Positions 18,005-29,640 of a stretch of DNA of 64,000 nucleotides are shown here, in pieces. Made by a program: the position numbers and the translations under genes. Each line of letters opens with the position of its first letter. Position 1 is the stretch's first letter. This DNA is from Candidatus Bathyarchaeota archaeon (GTDB lineage: Archaea > Thermoproteota > Bathyarchaeia > Bathyarchaeales > Bathycorpusculaceae): contig CAVZJV010000005.1 of the NCBI GenBank assembly GCA_963775685.1, positions 95,465 through 159,464 on the forward strand. Direction: 5' to 3'. The notes below the pieces were generated by a model that worked only from the letters and a program-made list of their open reading frames with translations, was not told the origin of the DNA and did not search any database.

Positions 18005-19492
18005 TCAAATCTTTTTGTCGTCGACTCTTGGCGCCTCTTTGGGTATTTTGGAGTTAGCCAGGGCATCCTCGATGGTTTTTCCTTCGCTTATCTTCATGTC
18101 GTAAGCTGAGGCATAATTTCGGGCATTTTCAGTCAGACCGGGTATAACAAATATCAGCGAATCACATTCAATATCATTTATCATGCCGTAGATTCGGGTC
18201 ATTTCTCGCACATCAAGGGGTTTGCTGGAAATTAAAACTTCAATGACGGTGTTGCCATTATCTTTCCGCAATGCAGATTTTCTTATAATCGGGTTAAAGG
18301 GCTCTATCCACCCAACTCTGCCTAACACAAGAATATCAAACAAGTGCTGAGTGCCAGACCTTCCGCTCACAAACGCCGGAGTAACAATAGTATATCCTAA
18401 AGACTTGAAGAAATTAGCACAGACTTCAATGGGTTTTATCTGCTGTAGTTCCTGCATGGTCAATTCAGAGTTTGCAGTATACTCGTAGAGGAGCACTTCA
18501 GGTTCTTCATCGAGTTGAGCTGTTGATCCACAGTCGTCGCATTTAACCACCAGCAAAGGTTCCTTGCTTCGAACGTTACAATTAAGACATGTGTACGCAG
18601 TAGGCAACACTCGGTAATCTGAGCCAACAAGCTGTAATTTGTCTTTGCATTTGGGACACACAAGGTCTTTATTTGCAGTTTCAAATACAGTTTGTGTATC
18701 TATAGTTCCGCAAGAGAGGTGTTCTATGATTCCTTCTTTGCGTAACCTCAACGATAAACATTCAGGACACAACTTCTTGATTCTAACGCTTGCAGAGGCA
18801 CATGCCACGCAAACGACAACTTTGTCTATGAGCTCTGCTTTTAGGAACCCCTTTCGAACAAGGGAGTTAAGTGTCTGTCTTGCCCTTTTAGTATCCCAAT
18901 CCAACTGGGGAAAACCATCATAGAAATAGCCCTCGGGTCTTGACGAGTCGGCGATAGGCACAATTTCTTTAACCTTTCCGTAGAGGAAAAGCTCCATTAG
19001 GTTCTGTTCATCTTTCCGCAATCCTTGCTCATCAACAAAATCTGTGATTTCTTGATTTTTTGGCAACATCGATGTCGAGGTCCCGCCATTCATAAAGGTA
19101 ACCTCGTTACCGTTATTGCTGAATCCATTGCTTGGTTTTTTGGAACTTTTTAACTCAGGAATTTTCAACTTATTTTTGCGTTTACTACGTAATTCATCTA
19201 TCCTCAATGCCACTACAAAGCCTACGGATAAAGAAGTCTCTAGAATCAATATCAATATTATTGCTACCATAAATGGGGCGTTTGACCCAAGGCCGGTCAA
19301 GGACGTTAATGCATAGTAGAAACTGTCAAAGAAATAGATGGAAACTATACTTGCACTATAATAAAATGCGGGTATGGAAAGTCCAATTCCTGAAATAATT
19401 GAAAAAACGTATAAGGCCAAAACTTTTCTTTTCAAAGTCTTAATCGGAACTACCTTAAATACGAACCCTAGAAGGAGTCCTATAAGAAGCAT
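18005..19492 (-). CDS. Membrane-anchored TackOD1-like multi-Zn-ribbon protein with C-terminal nuclease-like domain
   Basis: N-terminal TMs; GYFY + wHTH; repeated CxxC, IEHLSCG, CPKC...GSDYR; GRSG..HLFD motif. Confidence 0.75.
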   Translation of the reverse strand: MLLIGLLLGFVFKVVPIKTLKRKVLALYVFSIISGIGLSIPAFYYSASIVSIYFFDSFYYALTSLTGLGSNAPFMVAIILILILETSLSVGFVVALRIDELRSKRKNKLKIPELKSSKKPSNGFSNNGNEVTFMNGGTSTSMLPKNQEITDFVDEQGLRKDEQNLMELFLYGKVKEIVPIADSSRPEGYFYDGFPQLDWDTKRARQTLNSLVRKGFLKAELIDKVVVCVACASASVRIKKLCPECLSLRLRKEGIIEHLSCGTIDTQTVFETANKDLVCPKCKDKLQLVGSDYRVLPTAYTCLNCNVRSKEPLLVVKCDDCGSTAQLDEEPEVLLYEYTANSELTMQELQQIKPIEVCANFFKSLGYTIVTPAFVSGRSGTQHLFDILVLGRVGWIEPFNPIIRKSALRKDNGNTVIEVLISSKPLDVREMTRIYGMINDIECDSLIFVIPGLTENARNYASAYDMKISEGKTIEDALANSKIPKEAPRVDDKKI

Positions 19493-19810
19493 GAATAGGG
19501 GTGCAACAGGAAAGAGAATATTTGCTATTCTTGGTCACCTTTCAAACTTTATCCATTAGGGCTTGCTTCTAAGATAAGCATTTTTGAGAAACAGAATTTA
19601 CCTATTTTTCCAATTTTAATTCAGCCAAGAAGATTCAGATAAAATGAATGCGAAATTACCTTATCTAAATTAGAAAAGTATAATTCTCATATAAATAAAA
19701 AAGTTGATGGCTAGAAAAATCAATATGAAAAACACCAAGCGGATTTACTCTATTTTAGCTCTAAAATAAGTCTTAGTTACAGTCATATTGCATCATGTTT
19801 ATCCTTACAT

Positions 19811-20210
19811 CTATTTGATGGTTTTCTGAGTCGGCGGAGGAGGTACAGGTAGCACGGTCGCTTTTGAAAGGTTTTCTTGCTCATTAAGGATTAGCGAAAT
19901 TGCCTTGCCTTCAGGTACAATTATCTTAGTGTTGTTCTGCAGTGATGCTGAAATCGTATCCAGTTGCTTAAAGGTGATGGCGCTGTCTTTGAAGTACGTG
20001 GTTAGTGCCTCATTTCTCAACTTGGTGGCTTGCGCGTCCCCTTCAGCTATGGCAATAGTTGCGGTTTTCTGACCCTCGGCTTGCAAGATGGCGGCTTGTT
20101 TTTGGCCTTCAGCAACTTGAATCGCAGCGTTTTTCTGTCCACTTGCCAACGTGGCCTGAGCTATAGCTGTTTTTTCCGCAGCTTGTCTTTCGTTGTCCCG
20201 AACAACTCAT
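19811..20210 (-). pseudogene. C-terminal fragment of an SPFH/band-7 protein
   Basis: AEGQKQAAILQAEG repeats and NNTKIIVP; SPFH domain missing. Confidence 0.75.
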
Positions 20211-20494
20211 GTTGCTGAAGAATTTTGAACTTCACGACAAACACAAATCCAGATGGACACGTAAAATCATACCAGAAAACAAAGCATAATTCTCAAAGGC
20301 AACCACATAGTCATAACCCGAGTAATAGAGTTGTTCGAGTCAACCATGCCTGGAGCATTAATGCTAGATGAACTCGAAGCATGGTTCTTCAAATTTGATT
20401 TCCATAATTTCTGGGCGCAGAGGATAGAGTGCCAAAAAAACTTGAAGAAAAGGAAATAAAGAAAGGCAAACTTAAACATTAAGAGAAGGCCGCT

Positions 20495-20695
20495 TTGAAC
20501 TCAAAAATTGGATTTTTAGTTACCATAATCGTCACAATCATCATTGGAGTTTATGGCATAGAATTGGGTATTCGTGTTGCAACAGGCAGCGGACAACCAG
20601 AATACTTAACTGTGGTTTTGATAGTGTTGGCATTACTGACGCTTACCGACATTATACTTTATCGACGTTTGCACAGCATCAAAACCGATCTTTAG
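20495..20695 (+). CDS. Small two-TM protein
   Basis: Two hydrophobic helices and a basic tail. Confidence 0.55.
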   Translation: MNSKIGFLVTIIVTIIIGVYGIELGIRVATGSGQPEYLTVVLIVLALLTLTDIILYRRLHSIKTDL

Positions 20696-20798
20696 TATTT
20701 GAAACAGAGTTTGTTGCCTATATAATAAGGAGCAGTCCGAGACAAACACACATAACCGTTTCATGCAGTACATTTCAACCTAAACTATTATTGATTGC

Positions 20799-21218
20799 AT
20801 GAAGCTTATATCGGCAGATTACAAAAGTAATATGATTGCAATGTGTCCATTTCAAATAGAAAAGTGCCAAGTTGTTTGGTCTAAAGATTCTCCTTCAGAA
20901 AATGATAGACAATCAATAATCAAAGAATTAAGAGATATGTCTTTTGAAATCCAAGAAGCGGTTAATTTCACTAAAGAATTAAGCGAAGTCAAAATGAATG
21001 AAGTCAAGTTTTGGCTAAGTACAGAAGGTGAAATTGGCTATACTTTATCGATTTACTATGATGTTCATGCTAGAGCATGGGGTATGATGCTTGAAGAAAA
21101 TGAAGCAAAAGATAATTCCCCTAAAGTCTTGGGTGAAATTGCCTGTACAGATCCTATGACCTTAAGCTTTATTACACCTGAAAATATTCTAAAAACGGAA
21201 CCTCTTTCCAATATTTAG
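20799..21218 (+). CDS. Hypothetical protein
   Basis: 139-aa AT-rich ORF with protein-like composition; start uncertain. Confidence 0.55.
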   Translation: MKLISADYKSNMIAMCPFQIEKCQVVWSKDSPSENDRQSIIKELRDMSFEIQEAVNFTKELSEVKMNEVKFWLSTEGEIGYTLSIYYDVHARAWGMMLEENEAKDNSPKVLGEIACTDPMTLSFITPENILKTEPLSNI

Positions 21219-21406
21219 AATACTTATTGTCTTTAACTTTATTTTTGGGTTAACGCCTAAAATTTTTCAAGCGTTTTCTCATCGATCTTTTCAGCTGAGG
21301 ACAGATTTCAAGCAGCCGCATAAATAATGAGATAAGGGATAGTCTGAGCCGAAACCGAATAAGCATTTCTATGCAATACGTTTCTGTGAATCCTCAAATT
21401 TAGAAA

Positions 21407-21763
21407 TTAACCAATCCTAGCATTAAATGCAACTAAACCGTCTTCCGTTTTGCTGGAAACAAAAAATGGAATAACAGCTTTTAACTCAACGAAATATGCC
21501 CTCAGCAGACTCTGCCCTTTCTTTGTAATTCGGTATTGCTTGCGGGCTTTTCCTAAGAGCGAACTCCCAGTTTGAACCTATGAGTCCATGTTTCTCTAAA
21601 CGTTTAAGTTCAGGGTATATTGTCGATGCGCCCAAACGTATTCCGAATTTTTTATGCACTGCCGTTAAGATTGCGTAGCCGTAAGTCCGCGGTCGGAAGT
21701 GTCGTTTATGAGGTTTAGCAGGATGCTTTCGAGAATAGCGCCATGAAAGATTTTTTTGATCAT
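21407..21763 (-). pseudogene. PadR family regulator with two frameshifts
   Basis: GYAIL...GASTIYPELKRLEKHGLI...RKQYRITKKG reconstructed across frames. Confidence 0.8.
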
Positions 21764-21839
21764 AATTCTTGCTCCTTAAATCGTTTCAAAACTCGAACTA
21801 ACTGATATATTTAGAGTGAAGATTAAATATATAAAACCA

Positions 21840-21863
21840 TGTTGTAGCAAAGCAACTACAACA
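21840..21863. promoter_or_regulatory. Palindromic operator upstream of the PadR gene
   Basis: TGTTGTAG-N8-CTACAACA. Confidence 0.5.
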
Positions 21864-22338
21864 ACCTGCAAGGGCTTCCTGCGGTTGACGAAATAATGAA
21901 ATCGATGATTTCTGACCTAAGAAAAGACATTTACCGCCAATGATAAAAAAAGGCAGGAGTTAGAGCGACTGCTTGATGGAGCATGAGAGTTCAAAGCAAA
22001 TATCGTAAACCTCATGTGTGTTTGAGAGTAAGCTTGACCCATGCTGCACTGTAATTACCTAATGTGACTTTAACAAGCGTTGCTCCACATCTTGGCAAAT
22101 TCCCTGTCGTATTGCTGCCTGTTTTTTCTGTGAGACTTTTTCTCCGTACTCTGTAGATTTTTTAGCGGAAAATGTTTCTTAAAATACCAAACAAAGAATA
22201 GAACGCCATTCCCAGCATTATTTGCCTTCTGAAACAGGAATCTAAAAGCTACATTTTTAATTTTGGGAAAAAATTTTGTGCAAAAAAATTAGTGCGAATC
22301 AAAAAATGCTAAACGTATTCAGACTATTTCATTTCAAT

Positions 22339-24092
22339 TTAATTAAACATCCGAACTTGCGGGAACTCACTTCTTGGAAGCTTGATAGGCAAGTTAATAG
22401 TGATAGTTGTTCCTATACCAACCGCGCTTTTTACAGCAATCTTTCCGCCATGGGCTTCCACAATCCGCTTGCATATTGCCAGGCCCATTCCCATTCCTTT
22501 TGCCTTGGTGGTTACAAGGGGGGAGAAAATCTTTGGCAAAATGTCCGCAGGTATGCCTCTACCCGAATCAGTGAAAGCTATTTCGATATCTTTTTCCTTC
22601 AATACATTTTGTATTTTTATTATTCCTTTTTCCGGTTGAGCGTCTACGGCGTTTTTTATAATGCTAGTGAAAACTTTCTCTATTCTTTGCGCATCAAGAA
22701 ACATTTTGTTTTCACTCGTTGCGTCGTTTATTATGTTAATGCGATCTGGAACTTGAATAGCTGATAGGGAATGCAGTACAAGCGAATTAGGTGTGCACTG
22801 CTCCGGCTGCAAAAATAGTTCGCTCGCTAATCTACTAAACTGCTGATGATTCTATTCGAGTCTTCAATTGCGATGTCCATAGTTGCCAAAGTCGCATGCA
22901 TTTCAGTTTCCGTGAGTCGCCCGCTTTTCTTTCTCAGAATGTATACGGAGTTTTTGAGTCCTGCTAATGGGTTACGTAGGTCATGTCCAACCTGCCCTGC
23001 TAGTTCGCCAATGGATGCAAGCCTTTCAGCTTTAACGAGCATTTCCTCCATCTTTTTGTGTTCAGTAATGTCGTGAATGATGCATGCCATCCCGATGGCT
23101 CGTCCCGTTTTGCTATGGACGATGGAGCCAGAAAAAAGTACATGCCGTTTCTCTCCTGATTTAGTTTGGAAAATTAGTTCATGGTTTCGGATGATTTCTT
23201 TTTCCGAAAACACTTTCAAAACTTTCTTACAGGATGTTGCTTGGGTTTCGTCACACAACTGCACGATTGATTTGTCGATCAATTCTTTATCTGAATAACC
23301 CAAGAAATCCATTAACCGTTCATTCACTCTAAGAATTTTTGACTCCGTATCCGCTAAGATTAGAGAGTCAGGTATCGTTGAAAGAATGTTGTCTGCTGCT
23401 AATGCCGCGTCAAAAGTAAATAAGTCATACTTAACAACCGCGTATCCAACAAAACAGCTAAAAAACAAGGTAGCTATGAACCCAAGATTTGGAATATCCA
23501 TGTCAATCATTCGCGCCACCATGTTGGTACTTATGAATGCGGCAATAGGGATAGCGAAGCCTATCGTAACATATTTTCTCCGCTGCCTTTGAAGGGTGTC
23601 ATTTGCCTGACGATAGTATCTGAAACATAAAACAAAGGCCAAAATTGGCAGCGCTATGGTCCAAATAATGGAACCATAATAAATCCAACTTCCTGAAGCA
23701 ACGTCATTATACCCCCAATACTCCATGACTGGAGATCTATTTATTAGGCTAGTGGAAAAATCGATAAGCCAAAATGCCACAGCGGGTAAAAATAAGATTA
23801 GGTAGTTTAGCTTGTTTTTTATCCATTTGTTTTCTGTGAAAACCAGTCCTAAAGTAGCTACTAGAGCTACGAAAAAAGGCCATATGGTGCCCATCTTGTT
23901 CCAGAAAGACGCACTTGCTAAGTCGGTTGCTGTCCACATCATAACTGTCGTGAATGAATAGAAAAAAGCAGCTAAAGCTGTCAAAAGGAAGATTTTGTTG
24001 AGAATTGATTTTCTGTTAAATGAGTATACGATTATGCCTAGAAACAAGCAACTAATGCTTGCGAATAACGAAAGCGCAGCAAATATGTTCAC
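22339..24092 (-). pseudogene. 7TM-PAS sensor histidine kinase, split by a 1-bp frameshift near 22827
   Basis: TM region, PAS, HDLRNPL H-box; HATPase motifs (KNAVDA, DSGRG, GMGLAI) in the next frame. Confidence 0.88.
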
Positions 24093-24748
24093 CGATTGTT
24101 TATCTCCTACAGTTTAATCAAATTTTCACATCAATGACTCATCATACGTTCGATCTTGATTTTGACTCTTTTTCACAGAATATAAATAGGCTATAAAATT
24201 GGATTTAAAACATATGAATTACTAATTAATATCCGGTGCTTCAAAGCAATCTTGGGCTCAAGAAACAATCCCTTCCTTCCCCTACTGCACAACCACCCCA
24301 TTTTGTTTCCCTACGCGTTTGTCAACTCTGGAGCCTTTTCAAATCGTGGCTGTCGTCACCGTTTCAGGAGCATTGATTTGCGATGATGGTATGTTGGCCT
24401 AACTCAATAAAAAAGAAGCTAACCGAGGCATTCCAAAATCTGGGTCCCATAGAAGGAGAAGCTTTTCAGGTTTTATCTTATCATCAGAAATTAAAAATCA
24501 AATAAATAAAATCTAACATATCTACTCTTTACCCGGCAGTTTCCGGCAGACCTTTGCCCTTACAATGTACCTGGTATGGCGACATTGGCGAAACTATATT
24601 TTGATAAAAAAGATGGATTTGAACGTACGCAGCGACTCAAGAATAAACAACTAAATATAAGACAACCTTAGCAGAAAACGCATTACCTTCTTAGTACAGT
24701 ATATTTAAACTACGCATTAAAACTAATTCAGAAGCATAAAAAACTGTT

Positions 24749-24901
24749 TTACTTCTTTGAATTATCGGCTTGGGTCTGTCTCGAACGATTATCGTTGGCT
24801 TGCTTCTGCCTCGAACTATTGGCAGCATTTGCTCTTCTTGCTATACTGCTCCTATTTGGAGAAGAGGTTGTCGATCCTTCTGGTCTGTGTTGTTTACGCA
24901 A
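24749..24901 (-). CDS. 50-aa basic, internally repetitive microprotein (not in ORF track)
   Basis: AGGTGA RBS + TTG; MRKQHRPEGSTTSSPNRSSIARRANAANSSRQKQANDNRSRQTQADNSKK. Confidence 0.5.
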   Translation of the reverse strand: MRKQHRPEGSTTSSPNRSSIARRANAANSSRQKQANDNRSRQTQADNSKK

Positions 24902-25349
24902 AAATATTCACCTAAATTATATAGCACTTTGTTCTTAATTTGTCTTACATTGAAACCCGAAACGTGTAATTTTGATTTTTTTTTACTTAATGCAGCCAAT
25001 ATTTGACCGGAAATAGCTGATCATACTGCAAGAATATTTACAATAAGACTGCAGATAAGTGTCCCCATTGCGGAGCAAAAGTCTAATTCTATTCCGCCCA
25101 CTAGGAATAACTAAGAATATCATTGTTGATTCTTGGTTGATTGGGTCCAATTGACCTAATGATCTGAATAAAAACTAAATTTTCCGTAATGATGCCTGTC
25201 TTTCAAATGAGCCAGTTGGTATAGCTACAACATATTCTAAGAAATGTTAGCTCTTCAGCCTTCCTTTTTTAACTGTCTCTCCATTACGGGTGTTAGTCGT
25301 TTAAACGTTTTGCTTTTTAAAGTCGTCAGGAAATAGCCATGTGAGTTTT

Positions 25350-25520
25350 ATGGTTGATTGTCTAGAGCCTTGTGATGCTTTCGGCAAATACATAGGCGGC
25401 GGGTTCCATTGTTGCAGAAAATGCAAGATTTACTTCTGTTTCTACTGCTCGCTCTAACTTCCAACAATTCAAAATACAATAAAGAGAAAATGTCCTATGT
25501 GTGGTGAAAAATTCAAGTAG
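25350..25520 (+). pseudogene. Small RING-like Zn-finger gene with in-frame TAA
   Basis: CRKCKIYFCFYC...KCPMCGEKF; stop at 25455. Confidence 0.6.
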
Positions 25521-25944
25521 CTGCCACACTCCATATGCAAGTTAAATACTTCCCAAACAAAAAGCCCTTCTTCATGTTAAAGAGCAACCCTCAGATTATG
25601 TAGGGCAACATGAAAAATTGGAAGATAACGCGCTATGGACACACGGGCAAAGCAAAAGAGAACACAAGAATAAACTCTGAAATCAAAAGGCAGCCTTAGC
25701 CGAAAAAGGATAACTGTCTCTATGCAGTTTGTTCCGACAAAAAGAGGTTTACTCCATTAAGAAAGCCTTGCAATCCAAAGTGTTAAATACCCCATAACAT
25801 TTATGTACTTAAGCACATATGCTTATAAGCATGTATACACATATATGTTTATATAAATAAGCGAACTCAAGCGAATGAAAAATGGTAAAAACCTGCAATT
25901 GTAAATAACTCGCTTATTTCAAAAATAGTGACACGTGACTAAAA

Positions 25945-26088
25945 ATGGGCCGAATTAACGTTGACATTCAAGATGAATTAGAAAGACAGCTAAGACTAAA
26001 AACTGTGGAGAAATTCGGCGGCAAAAAAGGCGACTTATCCAAAGCAGTCCAAGAAGCAGTAAGAACATGGATTAACATCAAACAATAA
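25945..26088 (+). CDS. 47-aa ribbon-helix-helix protein (not in ORF track)
   Basis: MGRINVDIQDELERQLR...FGGKKGDLSKAVQEAVRTWI. Confidence 0.8.
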   Translation: MGRINVDIQDELERQLRLKTVEKFGGKKGDLSKAVQEAVRTWINIKQ

Positions 26089-26298
26089 AGTCGCCTCCTC
26101 AAAATACTGATAACTATATTATAAGAAGCCTATGTAAAAGCCTGGGCAATCCAGTTAGCCTGGAACATCCTCGTATGAGGGTTATGGGCAATATATCTGG
26201 AAAGTTCCCATTGCAAAATAGTTCAAAGCAAAGCTACAACATTATTGTTAGCCCGCTCAGAAAGAAAATTCGAGAATATTCTCGCAGATTAATATTAA

Positions 26299-27291
26299 TT
26301 GAATGGAGTCAGAAAAATGAGTATAACCCAAATGAGTATAACTAAAGAAGTTCCATTAATTCATTCGCACTCAGTTGATAAGTGCCCTGAATGCATAAGC
26401 AAAAATCTCGTTCACGACAACGACTCCGGCGAAACTATCTGTGGTGACTGCGGCTTAGTTGTCTATGAACAAATGATGGATAAAGGTCCTGAGTGGCGCG
26501 CTTTTACTTCAGAAGAAAAAGCGTCAAGAAGCCGCGTCGGCATGCCAACATCATATTCGATTCATGATAAAGGATTATCAACAGTCATAAGCCAAGTTGA
26601 CAGAGACGCATTTGGAAGAAAATTGCCGATGTCTACTAGATTGCAGATGTGGCGTCTTAGGAAATGGCAAATACGCAGCCGGGTACATTCATCCACCGAC
26701 CGAAATCTCGCACAAGCAATGTCTGAACTTGAACGTTTATCAAGCAAAGTAAACATTTCAGCACCAATCAAAGAAAAAGCCGCCGTCGCTTACAGAAAAG
26801 CACTTGAAAAAGGCTTAGTCCGAGGAAGATCAATCAACGCAATCGCCGCAGCAGCACTATATGCCGCATGCCGCAAAAGCGGATCACCCAAAACCCTTAG
26901 CGAAATCTCGCAAGCAAGTCTAGTGAACAAGAAAGATGTAGCCAGATGCTATCGACTGCTGCTGCAAAAACTCGATTTTCACATGCCAATTTCCGACCCC
27001 CTAACATACGTTTCAAAAATTGCAGAAAAAACAGGAATCTCAGGCAAAACACAAGGCGCAGCTATAGCAATACTCAGAGAGGCTAGACAAAAACGATTTT
27101 CAGCAGGAAAAGATCCAATGGGATTAGCTGCAGCCGCACTCTATATCGCATGCCTACAGAACGCCGAAAAAAACACACAAGAAAACATCGCAAAAGCATC
27201 CGGAGTCACCGAAGTTACAGTCAGAAACAGATACAAGAACCTAATAAAGCAGCTTCACATAGAAATACCCGACCGAAAAACTTGTTTCTAG
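26299..27291 (+). CDS. tfb: Transcription initiation factor IIB
   Basis: Zn ribbon CPEC..CGDC, GPEWRAF B-reader, two cyclin repeats, VTEVTVRNRY. Confidence 0.96.
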   Translation: MNGVRKMSITQMSITKEVPLIHSHSVDKCPECISKNLVHDNDSGETICGDCGLVVYEQMMDKGPEWRAFTSEEKASRSRVGMPTSYSIHDKGLSTVISQVDRDAFGRKLPMSTRLQMWRLRKWQIRSRVHSSTDRNLAQAMSELERLSSKVNISAPIKEKAAVAYRKALEKGLVRGRSINAIAAAALYAACRKSGSPKTLSEISQASLVNKKDVARCYRLLLQKLDFHMPISDPLTYVSKIAEKTGISGKTQGAAIAILREARQKRFSAGKDPMGLAAAALYIACLQNAEKNTQENIAKASGVTEVTVRNRYKNLIKQLHIEIPDRKTCF

Positions 27292-27414
27292 TTTTCTTTG
27301 CATTTTCTTATTATTTTCAACAGAAACAGGTTCCAACACAAGCTCAAATGTCCAATATTAAAGTTGAAAAGAAAAAATTCATAACACCGAATCAATTTCT
27401 TATGTGTAGAGAAA

Positions 27415-28384
27415 ATGAATTTTTATAAGCCAATGCTTGGTAAACCAATTTCTAAGCCTTTTTCTGGAAAGAGATTGGATTTTTGAGACTAAATGGGATG
27501 GTTTTCGAGCCATTGCTTACGTGAAAGATAATTTGTTTACAATTCAAAGTAGAAATGGCAACGAGTTTAAACGTAATTTTCCCGAGATTGAAGAAATCAC
27601 TCAGTTAGCTAAAAATGTGGTTATTGACGGCGAAATCGTTGTAATGAAACAGAGCAAGGTTGATTTTCATTCACTCCAGGAGAGAGGTCATCTTATTTCG
27701 GGCAAAGATATTAAGAAGTTACAGCGCGCCTTCCCTGCAACCTATATTGTGCTTGATTTTTTAGAAAAAGATGGCAAAACCTTTCGTTGACTTGTCGGTA
27801 TTAGAAGAAAAGCTATTCTAAAAGAGTCAGTTAGAGAAGGCTCCCATTTAATCCTCAATGATTATGTCGAGGAGAAAGGCGAAAAATTCTACATAGCGAT
27901 TTTGCAGCATGATCTTGAAGGGATGGTTGCCAAACGCAAGGACAGCACCTATGAGCAAGGGTTAAGAACCGGCAGCTGGTTGAAAGTCAAGAATTTGAAA
28001 ACCTGCGACCGCGTAATTTTTGGCTATTCAAGAGGGTAAGGTGCAAGAGAATCAACTTTGGGCGCTCTAATAGTGGGAGTATACGATAATCAAGGAAAAC
28101 CAGTTTACGTTGTTCATGTCGGCACCGGTTTCACCCAGCAATTGCTTGACTCTCTACTGGTTGAGTTTAAGAAAATCAAAACTAATGTTGCACCTTTTAG
28201 CGTTCGTGGAATGGAAGGGGTGACGTGGCTTGAGCCTAAGCTTGTTTGCGAAGTAATCTATCAGGTTGTGACAAAGGATTGCAGGTTAAGGATGCCACGC
28301 CTGCATACGTTAAGATTTGATAAAAATCCTGAGGAGTTCTCCATTGATCAAATTGAAGGAAAGGGTAAATGCTTCATAAAATAA
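27415..28384 (+). pseudogene. LigD-type ATP-dependent DNA ligase domain, disrupted
   Basis: YKPML, FETKWDGFR, IDGEIV, EGMVAKR, WLKVK, VGTGF, RMP motifs spread over frames, with an in-frame stop. Confidence 0.85.
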
Positions 28385-28448
28385 TTCAAGGACAAATAAA
28401 AAAAAACCAGCTCTTAGCCTTCCACTTTTAACTATCCCTACACTATGG

Positions 28449-28565
28449 GTGTTATGTTGTTTGAAATGTAAGATTTATTTTTGTTTCTTTTGTTCAATTC
28501 AACTTTCAGCGATGCAAAAGAAACCAAAGAAAGAATGCCCTATGTGAGGTGGAAAATTCGAGTAA
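28449..28565 (+). pseudogene. Second degraded copy of the small Zn-finger gene
   Basis: CLKCKIYFCFFC...ECPM*GGKFE; TGA at 28545. Confidence 0.55.
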
Positions 28566-28689
28566 TACCCTTGTTCTTTCTATAGCTTGATTTAGTTATT
28601 TGGGAATTTGAAGTTGTAGTAAAGTAGAATAAATAAAGGAAAAAAATAGTGAACAAAAATAAATCACTGAAAAGAAGAAGAATTGTTGA

Positions 28690-28771
28690 TTGCTGAGGCT
28701 CTGGAAGGGATTAAAGGGGAAAGGAAGAAAACTGCAAAACTTAACTATGACAATCCAGAGCCTTTTCAGCC
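28690..28771 (+). ncRNA. Candidate structured RNA or dispersed repeat, copy 1
   Basis: GCTGAGGCTCTGGA pairs with TCCAGAGCC-TTT-TCAGC; homologous to 53934-54036 (-). Confidence 0.45.
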
Positions 28772-29058
28772 ATCTTTCCCAGTTCTCCCTGTGCCTTATT
28801 GGACTCTTTTGTAAATAAATTCTGTTAATTTCGAATATGAATCTAAATCAAGCAAAGCAAAAAAGAAAAAATTGGTTTATTCGATGCTTAAGTTCTTTTT
28901 AGTAGATGCTCTGTTGCGGGGTGCAAGTTTAACTCAGCGATCCCTACGTCAATTAGTCAAGTCAAATTTCATGCGAGAATTTGAGGGCGCTAGGAATATA
29001 AGTTGAATTTTAGATAGTAAAAACCATAAAGACTGCAAAAGATGGAGAGATGTTTTAG

Positions 29059-29373
29059 TTGAGTTCGACACCAAGTGAGTCTGAAAAGAAAGAGCAAGAA
29101 CCAAGTCCAGTTGACATATCTTCTTTAGACATATACCAGCTTATAGAAGTGTTTATCATGCTATTGAGCGAAAAAGCATGGCGTTATATAGGATTAAGGG
29201 TTGATCCGCGCACTAACAAAATAGATAAAGATCTCGCAAAAGCTAACGTTGCCATAGATTGTATAATCTCACTTGTCGACAAAATTGAGCCTAACCTAGT
29301 TAATGTAGAGATAGAACGTTTGCGAAGACTAATAACAGATCTACAATTAAACTACGCTGAACAGCTGAAATAA
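29059..29373 (+). CDS. DUF1844 family protein
   Basis: AWRYIGL..DP....DLAKA..AID...L...E...L...ITDLQLNY. Confidence 0.8.
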   Translation: MSSTPSESEKKEQEPSPVDISSLDIYQLIEVFIMLLSEKAWRYIGLRVDPRTNKIDKDLAKANVAIDCIISLVDKIEPNLVNVEIERLRRLITDLQLNYAEQLK

Positions 29374-29640
29374 TTAGCTAAGGACCTAAACAAGAAAAGT
29401 CATAATGGCTGTTTGCGCCAATTTGTTGGGCGCATTCTGGTTTTTTTCCCATTCTGAATAGCCAAGGATGACTCTGTTGAGTTCTTGTTTGCGTTGATCC
29501 CATTGAGGCATGTATGATTTAGTAAGCAGCTCAAATTGTTAGTTATGGTGCTTATCTTTTAGATGAGTCATTTCATTGACTATCACGTATTCTAAACAAC
29601 GGGGCGATTCCTTGGCAAGCCCAAGACTGATCTGAGTACA

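Noticed and set aside
28545-28547. Selenocysteine TGA at a CxxC Cys position
   Set aside because: The gene lacks a clear start, its paralogue is also broken, and no SECIS is evident; decay is the simpler explanation.
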